Positions 18,990-29,519 of a stretch of 64,000 nucleotides of DNA are shown here, piece after piece (the stretch's first letter is position 1; each line of letters begins with the position of its first letter). The position numbers and the translations under genes are program-made. Under the pieces are notes generated by a model that saw only the letters and a program-made list of their open reading frames with translations, did not search any database and was not told where the DNA came from. Origin of the DNA: Candidatus Multivoradales bacterium (GTDB lineage: Bacteria; Acidobacteriota; Thermoanaerobaculia; Multivoradales; J023); the NCBI GenBank assembly GCA_965248925.1, contig CBDFLE010000006.1, forward strand, positions 256,001 through 320,000. Direction: 5' to 3'.

Positions 18990-21050
18990 TCAGTCAGCGC
19001 ATTGATGACCGAAGACACCGTCGAGATCGAAGCCATCAGCGGCAACCCCCGCGAAGAAATCACCCGGGTCGCTGATATCGACGATCAGCAGCACCCTGGT
19101 CTCGGCCAGCGGCCCCAAGTCGAGTTCGCCGCTCTGGCACAGACTGCCGAGATCGACCCACTGATAGTTGTCCGGCGACTGGGCGTAGACGGTAATCGCC
19201 TCTGGCGATTGGGCACAGCTCTTGTTGGCAAAGCTGGTCTCGACCACCGTGAGATCAGTACCCGGTCCGTTCAGAATCGCTTGCTCGAACTCCAACTCAA
19301 CCAGGCCACCGTAACCCAGGCTGACGAAGTTCAAGCGATCCATGCCGTCGGGCGCTCCGCGTAGATTGGCCAAGTTCAACCGCTCCGCCTCGACCGCGCT
19401 ACCGTGCCCGGTGACGCCTCCTTTTTTGCCGGCCTTGCCTGGGAAGCAGGCGCCCGCGGGCAGAGCCATCGGCTGCTGCACGGTCTCCGGGCAGATGTTC
19501 ATCGTCATGTCGCCGGTGCCGGAAGAATCCCAGCTCAGCGCGTGGGGCTGCGCCACCACGGTGTAAGCCAGCCAACCACTAGCACCGAAGAGAGTGTTGC
19601 GACCGCTGGCGCCAAAACCCACCTGGAAGGCCGCACCGGTCTGCGAAACCTCAATCTCGGCACCAGCGTAGAGGCCACGGCCGATCATCTTGCCATCGAG
19701 AACCTGGTAATAGTGCCAACCGCCGATGCTGATCGGGCCGCCCAATGAGGCGTAGGCCATCTCGGGCAACGCCAGGTGCGGGCTCCCCGCTGGCGCGCTG
19801 TTGGCGCGCTGGCTGAACTCGAAGCGGAGGTCGAGGATGGCGTTCGCATTGGCAGCACTGTGCACCCGGCCGTAGACCGTCGCTCTGCCCCCCTCGTACT
19901 CCACCAGATCGATCGCGTCGCTGACCACGAAGTCACGGCCAATACCGCTGAGGATGAAGGCGTAGACCCCCAAGTTAGCCGACAGGTAATCGAGATCCGG
20001 CGCCGACTCTTCGATGCAAACCCGCGTGCAATGTTCCAGGTCGAGGTTGAAATCGCCGTTGCCGTCGGTTTGGATCCACCCGTTGTAGGGCTGGCTGTGA
20101 ACCCACCAGGTGAGCCAACTCGAAGCACCGTAGCGGGCGCTCTTACCATTGGCGCCAAAGCCGACCTGGAAGGCCGGGCCACGCTGGCTGATCTCGACCA
20201 CCGCGCCAGCAAAGTCGTCGACACCGGTCAGGGTGCCGCTGAAGTCGCTGTAGTAATGCCAGGTCGAGGAGTCGATCGGGCCACCATTCTCGCTGTAAGC
20301 CGCCGAGACAAGCTCCTTCTTGGGGCTGCCGGCAGGCGCGTTGCGGGTGAAGCCGCTGAGCTGGACATCGACCGCGAACGCCTGAGCAGGGTTCGACTCC
20401 CGGCGGGCGATACCGCTGAGCTGAGCAGTGCCATCAGCGAATTCTTGCAAGTTGCCGGGCTTGCCGTCGAAGACGAAGTCTCTGCCGATGCCCGGTAGCC
20501 ACATCGCGTGACCGCCACCGTGGTGACCCCACTGATCGCCGTCCGCTCGGTCGACGCAGTTCTCGTCCGGCTCGCCAGGCACTTCCGGCGGTTCACCACA
20601 GAGATTGTCGCCCTGGTTGTTGTTGTAACTATCGAGCTGGTCTTTGATCGAGTTGGCCAGATCGCGGTCAGAGCCGGTCGGCCGACTGCCCGGCGGGAAG
20701 GCACCGAGAAAGGCGTCGGCGTCGGCCACCACCGAGTCGATGACCGAACTCGAACCTTCGAGCAGATTCAATTTGGTCGCTACCAGATGCCGGCCCAGGC
20801 GGCTGGCGGCATCAGAGCCACCGTAGCGCAGCAGATTCATCATGCCGTTTTGGTCGTAGGTCGCATCGCCGATCTGCAGGCTGTAGGTATTCCAGTTGCT
20901 GGAGTGATTCTTCCAATACCCCGGCGTCCGTGGACACCAGTCGTCTCCTTGACCGGAGGTCGCAATGGCGGGCTGAGCGAGCGCTATGACTAAGCAGGCG
21001 AGCATGATTAGCATCGATCCATGTCGCTGAGTGGTGTTATTGGGACGCAT
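18990..21050 (-). CDS. Secreted protein with two internal repeat domains
   Basis: Signal peptide, TPGYWKNH, two AFQVGFGA-type repeats; start uncertain. Confidence 0.7.
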   Translation of the reverse strand: MRPNNTTQRHGSMLIMLACLVIALAQPAIATSGQGDDWCPRTPGYWKNHSSNWNTYSLQIGDATYDQNGMMNLLRYGGSDAASRLGRHLVATKLNLLEGSSSVIDSVVADADAFLGAFPPGSRPTGSDRDLANSIKDQLDSYNNNQGDNLCGEPPEVPGEPDENCVDRADGDQWGHHGGGHAMWLPGIGRDFVFDGKPGNLQEFADGTAQLSGIARRESNPAQAFAVDVQLSGFTRNAPAGSPKKELVSAAYSENGGPIDSSTWHYYSDFSGTLTGVDDFAGAVVEISQRGPAFQVGFGANGKSARYGASSWLTWWVHSQPYNGWIQTDGNGDFNLDLEHCTRVCIEESAPDLDYLSANLGVYAFILSGIGRDFVVSDAIDLVEYEGGRATVYGRVHSAANANAILDLRFEFSQRANSAPAGSPHLALPEMAYASLGGPISIGGWHYYQVLDGKMIGRGLYAGAEIEVSQTGAAFQVGFGASGRNTLFGASGWLAYTVVAQPHALSWDSSGTGDMTMNICPETVQQPMALPAGACFPGKAGKKGGVTGHGSAVEAERLNLANLRGAPDGMDRLNFVSLGYGGLVELEFEQAILNGPGTDLTVVETSFANKSCAQSPEAITVYAQSPDNYQWVDLGSLCQSGELDLGPLAETRVLLIVDISDPGDFFAGVAADGFDLDGVFGHQCAD

Positions 21051-21371
21051 CGTTCGTCTCCTCGATTTTCGGTCGCGGCCTGTCTGCCGCGGATTTTCTT
21101 GTTGTGTCATCCCCTTCATTCGCAACCCCCATGCCAACTCTAAACTTCTTCCTAATTCTTGAAACCACATGAGTTAGTGGTAAATCTATTAGATTTATAT
21201 AAGACTATACACAACTGTCAGGCAAGTGTCAGCGAGCTGACGCCACAGTGTCAATAAGAGGCGCAGGCAAGAGTCGAGCGAGTCGTTCGGCAGCTTTTAG
21301 CAGCAACAAATAATCCGCGGGCAGCTGCAAAACCCGCGGATTCAAAGTGAGCAAAGAAATCTGCCTAAGAT

Positions 21372-22666
21372 GACTCTCCTCAACTTGCAGTGGGTACCGG
21401 AGGCTGTAGTTTGATGCCGCCACAGTTGAGGAAGATCATGGCAGAGAGTGCTTGATGGGAGTGGAAACCAAAAGCACGTCGGGCGATCATTCTGATCTTC
21501 CCGTTGATGCCTTCGACGAGTCCATTGGTGAGTCGTGTTCTGATGTAGGCGAGAATGCCGACCCGGTGTTTGCGGATCGTTCGAGCGGCCTTGACAAAGG
21601 GCTTGATCTTAGATCTCGACGCCCAAGCCAGCCATTCTCCAAGTTCCATCTCTGCCCGCCAGGGTTGGCGATAGTCGAGGGCTTGAGCCAACGTCTCCTT
21701 GAGGAGGTAAGCCCGGTACAGCCGCCGGTTCTCAGCTTGGATCTCCGCCAGCTTACTGCGCTGGTTGCGACTCAAGTTCCAAGGATTCTTGAGCAGGACG
21801 TATCGCGTGCTCTTGACGGCTCGGGCCCTCTCGGGATCGATCGCCAGCTCGCGGACGATGCTGACCGTCTCGATCTTCTGGCACTGCTCCTCGCCGAGGA
21901 GTTCGAAGAAGGGCGCCAGAGTCTCGGAACTCTTGCCTTCGCCCGTCCAAACGACGCGACGGCGGTCATGGTCGACGACAATCGTCAAGTACCGATGCCG
22001 CTTACGATAGCTGAACTCATCGATGCCAATCCGGCGCAGGCCCAGGAGGCGCTCAGGATCGAGGCGACGTGCCACGACCCGCTTGACGATCGAACCGACG
22101 GTCTGCCACGAGATGGCGAGGAGTCGTTGGACTTGGGTCTTGTCAGTGACTTGTGCCAGATAAGCGGCCAGCTCTTCAAAGTCGTAGGAGAAGCGGCTAC
22201 CCCGGTCGGCCCATGGCACCTGCTCGACGCGCACACCGCAATCGCGGCAGTTCACCCGCCACGGCTCATGAATCAGCTCCACAGACGCCCGTCCCCACGG
22301 GACATGCCGCCACCGGCGCAGAGGTCGGCGGTCATACCGCGAGGCCTTCCGGCCGCAGTGCCCGCACCGGGAAATACGCCAGGTCGGCCGGACCTGGATC
22401 GCGAGTCCACCCTCGACGGTGAACGCGACGTCTTCGACGTACATCTTCGTGACAGCCAGAAGGCGACGGAATACAGTAGTGATGCGCATGGGGTGACCCT
22501 TCCTCCTCGGTTTTGTAGTACTTCCAAGGAGAACAGGAAATCCTGTGCGTTTTCAACTACTTACAGCCTCATCATTTCGCCATGCTTGCTGCCGGCCGCC
22601 CTCGCCCGTCTACGGGCGGCCGGCAGCAAGTGTGGCGAAATCCACCACTCCTATTTGAGGAGAGCC
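21372..22666 (-). mobile_element. ISL3-family IS; transposase 21380..22489 internally deleted
   Basis: Imperfect IRs GGCTCTCCTCAAATAGGAGTGG and GACTCTCCTCAACTTGCAGTGG; CGHC zinc finger, IGIDE, TNGLVEGINGKI; the usual DM...DRFH segment is missing. Confidence 0.85.
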
Positions 22667-22695
22667 GAATTTCTGACAAGGAGTCGAGACCCCTC

Positions 22696-24326
22696 TGTGC
22701 CAATGTAAGTGAGACACTCAAGTACCGAGAAATTAGTGAGGGTGTGGAGAGCAATCACCATGGCGAGTCCAAGCCACGAGCTGCGAGATATGGGTGCTGA
22801 CCGACCAGATCCCGAGGTAGCTGAGAAGGCGAAGCGGCGGCGGTACAGCGCGTCGTACAAGCTGCGCATCGTCCAGGCCGCCGACGCCTGTAGCAAGCCC
22901 GGCGAGATTGGCGCCCTGCTTCGCCAGGAGGGTCTGTATTCCTCGCTACTGTCGACGTGGCGCCGTCAGCGCGACACGGGAGCTCTGGCCGGTCTGTCGA
23001 AGAAGCGCGGTCGCAAGCGTCGACCGGTCTCTGCCGAGGCCCGCCGCGTCGCGGAGCTTGAGCGTGAGAATGCCCGGCTCAAGCATCAGCTGTACAAAGC
23101 CGAGACGATCATCGATGTCCAAAAAAAACTTTCCCGGCTGCTAGGGATCGAGCCGAGCGAGAGCCAGCCATGAGCGCTGTGGCGCCGCTGGCCGAGACGG
23201 TGGGGGTGCAAGCAGCCTGCGTCGCCTTGGCGGTCCCCAGAGCCACTTTCTATCGCCGCCGTCGGCAGCAGAGCGCAGGGCCGCAGCTATCAACGCGGCC
23301 TCGACCGCCGCTGGCATTGACGCCCGCTGAACGCCAGGAGGTCCTCGATGTGTTGCACTCGGAGCGCTTCGTCGACCGCTCGCCGCGTCAAGTCTGGGCG
23401 GCGCTGCTGGACGAGGATCAGCGCCATATCTGCTCGGTGCGCACCATGTACCGGGTCCTGGAGTCTGAGGGCGAGCTGCGCGAGCGACGCCGTCAGCGGC
23501 GTCATCCCAACTACACCAAGCCCGAACTGCTGGCCACAGGGCCGAACGAGGTGTGGTCGTGGGACATCACCAAGCTCAAGGGCCCGGTGAAGTGGACCCA
23601 CTACTACCTTTACGTAATTCTGGACGTCTTCAGCCGCTACATCGTCGGCTGGATGCTCGCCTGCCGCGAGTCCGGAGGGCTCGCGAAGCGGTTGATCGCC
23701 GACAGTGTTGAGAAGCAAGGTGTTGAGCGAGATCGACTTACCTTGCACTCGGACCGCGGTTCGAGCATGACATCCAAGCCAGTGGCTCTACTGCTGGCCG
23801 ATCTCGGGATGACACGGTCGCTGAACCGGCCCTACACGAGCAACGACAATCCGTTCTCTGAGGCCCAGTTCAAGACGCTCAAGTACCATCCGAGCTTTCC
23901 CGACCGCTTCGGATCACTGGAAGATGCACGAGCATTCTGCCGCTCGTTCATCGGCTGGTACAACACGCAGCACTACCACACAGGACTCGGCTTGTTGACG
24001 CCAGAGACCGTCCACTACGGCCTCACGGCCTCAGTACTGGAGCAACGTCGAGAAGTCCTCGCCGCCGCCTCAGCCGCTCATCCAAGCCGCTTCAAGCGGC
24101 GAGCGCCGGCTTTGCCGGAGCCCAGTGACAAGGTCTGGATCAACCCGCCGACCACCGCCGCCAGCACTGACCCAGTCGATACCGAGAACGTAGTGACACA
24201 CCGCGTACACAACGACGCACCAGGCGAGACCCCTGGCTGCGCGCCCTCGCTGAAAGCGATGGTGCCGGAGCCACTACCGATTCCGTACTAATTCCCAGAA
24301 GAAAGTGTCTCACTTTCATTGACACA
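22696..24326 (+). mobile_element. IS3-family IS with orfA ending 23173 and orfB 23170..24291
   Basis: 23-bp IRs TGTGCCAATGTAAGTGAGACACT and TGTGTCAATGAAAGTGAGACACT; WSWDIT, HSDRG, E DDE motif; A8 run at about 23121 with an open -1 frame into orfB. Confidence 0.9.
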
Positions 24327-24362
24327 TTCCGGACCAGGGTAGCCGGGACCGCGCAACAACTG

Positions 24363-25535
24363 CTAATGAGCCACGGCGGGACACTCACCAAGACGGCCCT
24401 CGCCGTACCCGGCGGGCAGCAGCGACATTGCTGGTGAATGTTGAAGAACGCGGTAACTAAAGCGGCCACTCAGGCCAAAGCCAGAGTGAATGCCACTAGC
24501 ACCGAGGCCGGCCTGAAAAGCTGCGCCGTAGAGTTCCAACTCGAACTCCGCACCGGCGAAGCTGCCAAAGCCGATGAGCTGGCCGGATAGTTTTCGGTAG
24601 AAGTGCATAGCCGCGGGGTCCATCCTTCCGCTGTGCTCAGAGTCAACCTTCGCCTCGACCCGATCGCTCAACAGCCACTCGAGTTCGAGACCGGAATTTG
24701 AGTCTGCCGTGCTACGCAGGATGCCGGTGACCCAAGCGTGTGGCGCCACCAAAGTGTTACCCCGCGGGTAGATCACCAGCTCCCCGTCAGCGAGCCTCAG
24801 GTCGCTGCTGAGCCCGTCCAGGGTGACGGCGAAGGGACCGGCGGAGCCTTGCGGGGTTCCAAGATCTGGCACCACCCGAGCGACGCAAATACGCTCGCAG
24901 AGGTCGAAATCGAGACTGAAGTCGCCGCCGCCTTGGCTCTGAAAATGACCCTGGATAGGCTGGCTAACAACCGTCCAATCGAGCCACGTAGAACCACCAT
25001 AGTTGCGGTTCTTGCCGTTGGCGCCGGCGCCGACTTGAAAGGCCGGACCGCGTTGCTCCAACTCGAGCCGCGCGCCGGCATACTCGTCGACCCCGACCAA
25101 GCTGCCGCTGAAGGCGGTGTAGTAGTGCCAGCCGGCAGGTTCAATCGGGCCACCATGGTCGCTGTAGGCAGCATTGGCCAGCTCACGCTTCGGACTGCCG
25201 ACCGGGGGTTGGGTGGTAGAGCCGGCGAGTACGACGGTAATCCGAAAACCCTCGGCGGGAGCCGAGCGCCGCCGTGCCACGCCGGTGAAGGTAGCGGTGC
25301 CATCGCCATATTCCGAAAATTCAGCCGGTTTGGCTGGATCGAAGATGAAGTCTTGGCCAATGCCCGGCAGCCACATCGCGTAAGCAGCGGTGGCACCGAG
25401 CACCGGATCAGGATAGGCGAGATTGACGCACTTCTGCTCACTCACCGGTCGCGGCCCTGCGGCGGCCAGAGACGGCAAGACGGCGGCAAGCAAAAAGGCG
25501 GTGAACAGCTGCGAACAATGAGCAGTCTGGCGCAT
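24363..25535 (-). CDS. Secreted protein, paralogue of the repeat domains of 18990..21050
   Basis: Shares AMWLPGIGxDF, GSPKxEL and QRGPAFQVGxGANGK with that protein. Confidence 0.7.
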   Translation of the reverse strand: MRQTAHCSQLFTAFLLAAVLPSLAAAGPRPVSEQKCVNLAYPDPVLGATAAYAMWLPGIGQDFIFDPAKPAEFSEYGDGTATFTGVARRRSAPAEGFRITVVLAGSTTQPPVGSPKRELANAAYSDHGGPIEPAGWHYYTAFSGSLVGVDEYAGARLELEQRGPAFQVGAGANGKNRNYGGSTWLDWTVVSQPIQGHFQSQGGGDFSLDFDLCERICVARVVPDLGTPQGSAGPFAVTLDGLSSDLRLADGELVIYPRGNTLVAPHAWVTGILRSTADSNSGLELEWLLSDRVEAKVDSEHSGRMDPAAMHFYRKLSGQLIGFGSFAGAEFELELYGAAFQAGLGASGIHSGFGLSGRFSYRVLQHSPAMSLLPAGYGEGRLGECPAVAH

Positions 25536-25847
25536 GGGGTTCTTTCCCGTCTTCAACGCGGCCTAAGGAGCACTGGGCCGCTGGGTTCTTGGAGTCGACA
25601 CCAAGAGCCAATGCAACCCGCGGGCCAGCCTTCTCAAGACCTGTAACTATCTGAATCAAAACTCTTTACAGCTCCTATAGAAACTTCCACATAGCTCACT
25701 TCAAGGGTGTCAAAGGGTGTCAAAGGGTGTCGGCGACAGCTTCCTCGGGTGTCGAGAAGATTTGCGGGCGTGGTATCATGCCGACGTTCACCGGCCACAT
25801 TTTTCGGCTATTCCGGCCACCCCACCGCTCGAGGAGCCCTTTTTCCC

Positions 25848-27517
25848 ATGGCAGAAGAACGTGACGTTCTGGAGATCGACGTACTCTTCGTCGGCGCTGG
25901 CCCAGCCAGCCTGGCGGGCGCCTACCAGCTGGCGAAGCTGATCGAAGAGCACAATGAGAAGGGCGAAGGCGAGTCCATCGAGATCGAGATCGGAGTGCTG
26001 GAAAAGGGCCAGGTGATCGGCGCTCACGCCCTTTCCGGCGCCGTAGTCGACACCTTAGCCTTCGCAGAACTTCTACCCGATTGCTGGCAAGAGGCGCCGT
26101 TCGAGGGAGTGGTCGAGAAGGAGTCCTTCCTCTACCTGAGCGAAAAGCGGCCCTCTCGCTGCCGGTGCCACCGCCGCTCGACAACCGCGGCAAGCGGGTG
26201 GCATCGCTGGGTAAGCTGATGAAGTGGCTGGCGGAAAAGGTCGAAGATGCCGGAGTAGATATCTTCTGCGAATTTCCCGCCACCCAAGCGCTGATCGAAG
26301 ACGGCAAAGTCATCGGCGTGCGCACCGGCGACAAGGGCCTCGATCACCAGGGCAACAAGAAGAGCAACTACGAGCCCGGCGTCGACATCCACGCCCAGGC
26401 CGTGGTCTTGGGCGAGGGCCCGCGCGGCACCCTGGCCAAGCAGCTCGAAGCCCACTTTCCGCTCACCGAAGGCAAGAATCCACAGGTCTACGCCATCGGC
26501 CTGAAAGAGATCTGGCAGCTGCCCGAGCAGCGCCTGGCCCCAGGCGAAGTGATCCACACCATGGGCTGGCCGCTCGACAATGAGACCTTCGGCGGCGCCT
26601 TCATCTACGGCATGCAGGACAATCAGGTGATCATCGGCCTGGTGGTGGGGCTCGACTACACCCACCCGATGCTCGACCCGCACACCGAGTTCCAGCGTTT
26701 CAAGACCCATCCCAAATTCGCCGAGCTGCTGCGCGGCGGCAAGATGGCCTTCTACGGCGCCAAGGCGCTGCCCGAGGGGGGGTGGTACTCGATGCCACGG
26801 CTGTGGGGAGACGGCTTCCTGCTGATCGGCGATTCCGGGGGCTTCCTCAACGGCATGAAACTCAAAGGCATCCACCTGGCGATGAAGAGTGGCATGTTGG
26901 CGGCCGAGACCATCTTCGAGGCGCTCAAAGAAGGCACTGTGACCGAACGGCGGTTGGCCCGCTTCGCAGACAAAGTCGAGGCTAGCTGGATCAAGCAGCA
27001 GATGTGGTCGACGCGCAACTTCCATCAAGGTTTCGAGCACGGTCGCATGTTGGGCTTGCTCAACACCGGCTTGGGCCTCCTCACCGGCGGCCGCGGCTTC
27101 GGCATCTTCGACCGTCTACACGCCGAACCCGGCCATCAGCGGATGCGCCACTTGCACCAAGGCTTAAGCACCCCCCAGCCCCTCGAAGTCGACGGCGAGC
27201 TGACCTTCGACAAGCTTGCCGACCTCTACAACTCCGGCACCGCCCACGACGAAGAGCAGCCCGTCCACCTGTTAGTCGCCGACCCCGAGCATTGCGTCAC
27301 CACCTGCGCCGCCGAATACGACAGCCCCTGCCAGCGCTTCTGCCCGGCCAACGTCTACGAGATCGTCGACCAGCCCGACCACCCCAGCGGCAAGCGCCTA
27401 CAGATCAACGCCAGCAACTGCGTCCACTGCAAAACCTGCGACATCATGGACCCCTACCAGATCATCACCTGGGTGCCCCCAGAAGGCGGCGGCGGGCCGA
27501 ATTACTCGAAGATGTAG
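25848..27517 (+). pseudogene. Electron-transfer flavoprotein:ubiquinone oxidoreductase, frameshifted near 26150 (real or sequencing error)
   Basis: VGAGPA FAD motif in one frame; remainder with CPANVYE and NCVHCKTCDI in another frame. Confidence 0.85.
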
Positions 27518-27616
27518 CGGCTTGATCGCCAAGATCTTCAAGAGCGCTAGAAGGCGACTAGTTATCTGCGCTGAGCCAGGGAGAGTAGGATAGAGGCTGG
27601 CCAAGAGGAGGAACCC

Positions 27617-27814
27617 ATGGCGACCACGGAAATGCTACCGAAGGAGCGCATGCTCCAGACGATCCAAGATCTACCCGAGGATAGCTCCTATGAGGAGCTT
27701 CTGCGCGAGCTGGCGTTTGCCCAGATGATCGAACGCGGTCTAGCGGACGCTGAGGCAGGGCGAACCATCAGCCACCAGGAGATGGGCCGGCGGATTGCCT
27801 CATGGGGAAAGTAA
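27617..27814 (+). CDS. Small putative antitoxin
   Basis: RBS GAGGAGG; IERGLADAEAGR pattern of antitoxins preceding RelE/ParE toxins. Confidence 0.65.
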   Translation: MATTEMLPKERMLQTIQDLPEDSSYEELLRELAFAQMIERGLADAEAGRTISHQEMGRRIASWGK

Positions 27815-28035
27815 GGTGGACTAACGAGGCAGAACTCTGGCTGCGCGACATCCACGACTACATCGCCGCCGCCGGGGCACGCATTGGCACCCATCTCGAC
27901 CAACACACCACGCCAATCGGCGACTTCGACATCCTGATCGCGGCCCAGGCCATCGCCTGCGGCTTGATATTGGCAAGCAACAACCTGCGTGAATTCGATC
28001 GCGTCCCTGGTCTGAAGACCGCCAATTGGGTCTGA
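27802..28035 (+). pseudogene. Chimeric toxin remnant: RelE/ParE-like N-terminus fused to a VapC C-terminus
   Basis: VRWTNEAELWLRDIHDYIA followed by PIGDFDILIAAQA...NNLREFDRVPGL. Confidence 0.6.
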
Positions 28036-28098
28036 CTCCTGCAACACAGCGACGCATTGAATCGACAGGTTCTCGTCGATCTTGAATCTCGTCGCGAC

Positions 28099-28326
28099 CT
28101 ACGCTGACAGGGGAATGAGCCTCTCGCGGGCAAGCTCAGCAGCGTAGGCCAGCGTCGCCCGAACGGCCTCGGCGGTCACCGGCGGATACGACACCAGGAT
28201 CTCATCGATGCTCTGTCCCACGGCGAAGTTGTCCAGGATCACCGACACCATGACCCGTGTACCAGCAATACACGGCTTCCCGTGGCAAACACTTGGATCG
28301 ACTGAGATGTATTCACGCCAGTTCAT
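28099..28326 (-). CDS. DUF433-family antitoxin-like protein
   Basis: DPSVCHGKPCIAGTRV motif. Confidence 0.85.
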   Translation of the reverse strand: MNWREYISVDPSVCHGKPCIAGTRVMVSVILDNFAVGQSIDEILVSYPPVTAEAVRATLAYAAELARERLIPLSA

Positions 28327-28398
28327 CGGGGAACTCCTCCTTGGCATTTTCTACGGTTCTGCGGCTGCCGTCAAACCGCTCGGCACGGCCCCTACTTC

Positions 28399-28919
28399 TG
28401 GCGGCAGGGCCGGCGACCACCACTTCTTCACGTTCCGAGTCGCCAGCGAAAGTCTCAATGCCAGCAGTGGCGACAGGTCCGGCGACAGGAAGACCGCGGT
28501 GTTCGAGCCAAGGGAAGATCTAAATCTCAATGCCAGCAGTGGCGACAGGTCCGGCGACCCCAAGGCCTTCTCGCCATGCTCTCGACCCACCGAAAGTCTC
28601 AATGCCAGCAGTGGCGACAGGTCCGGCGACTCTGGGATCTGTATCGCTAGCTTGACTACAAGCACGTCTCAATGCCAGCAGTGGCGACAGGTCCGGCGAC
28701 AGTAACTGTAGCGCCGAATCGATCTGTGATTCACTTCGTCTCAATGCCAGCAGTGGCGACAGGTCCGGCGACTGTTTCAAACAACTTGCGAGCATTCCGT
28801 TACGGCGGCGGTCTCAATGCCAGCAGTGGCGACAGGTCCGGCGACTTCCGTACTGCTGATCGCCGACCATGGCGGGACTACAAGGTCTCAATGCCAGCAG
28901 TGGCGACAGGTCCGGCGAC
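28399..28919 (-). CRISPR. CRISPR array 1: 7 full 35-bp repeats (28452-28919) plus a degenerate trailer repeat
   Basis: Minus-strand repeat GTCGCCGGACCTGTCGCCACTGCTGGCATTGAGAC; 34-39-nt unique spacers; ATTGAGAC end and leader position give orientation. Confidence 0.97.
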
Positions 28920-29225
28920 ATCACCCAGTGGAAACCACGAGAAACAAGCGACTTATGACCCCCAATTCGACGGGTGATCGCAAACCACTGGCGATTACCC
29001 CGTTCTGACCCGATTCTGCTCCGAACCAAGCCTCGCAAACTATTGAATCCACAGCGCTTACCTCCTTCCTGCACATGATCATGTGCATCCTATCCGGCTA
29101 AGTCCTTTGTTCTCTGTCATCTGCGCTCCATTTACGCCTCCTTGTTGGCAATTTCTCCAACCACCCGTCGAAACGAGGGGATCCGCTACCTTCTCTCATC
29201 ACCCTCCGCCGATCCTCAGAGCACC
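28920..29225 (-). promoter_or_regulatory. CRISPR leader 1
   Basis: Non-coding, between cas2 and the array; matches 50526..50831 and resembles 55858..56163. Confidence 0.85.
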
Positions 29226-29519
29226 CTAGCGCACCCTCGCCAGCTCTTCGTCCGGTGGCTCGATATCACCAAAACCGACACTCTTCGCCGCGCAGCGAGA
29301 GCACACCCGGTACATCCGCACCGAGCCGTTCTCCTTGATTCGTAGAACCTTCTTCAGCCGATCCCTCAGCTTGGTCACATCAGCCTCCCGCAAGCGGCAT
29401 TCAAACACCGAGTACTGCACCCGCTCGCCCCAACCCTCGAGCACGTCCGCCACCCTACACCGCACTCGGTCCGAACGGATGTCATAGGTCACCAGCCACA
29501 AGTGAGCTGTCGCTGCCAT
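29226..29519 (-). CDS. cas2: CRISPR-associated endoribonuclease Cas2
   Basis: LVTYDI and GERVQYSVFEC motifs. Confidence 0.95.
   Translation of the reverse strand: MAATAHLWLVTYDIRSDRVRCRVADVLEGWGERVQYSVFECRLREADVTKLRDRLKKVLRIKENGSVRMYRVCSRCAAKSVGFGDIEPPDEELARVR

Noticed and set aside
22586-22629. Strong GC hairpin as an ncRNA or REP
   Set aside because: Single copy inside the ISL3 left end, so probably part of the element
28208-29074. ORFs with repeated MPAVATGPAT, SPDLSPLLALR or SQCQQWRQVRR peptides (also 50-50.6 kb and 54.2-56 kb)
   Set aside because: They are translations of the CRISPR repeat, not proteins
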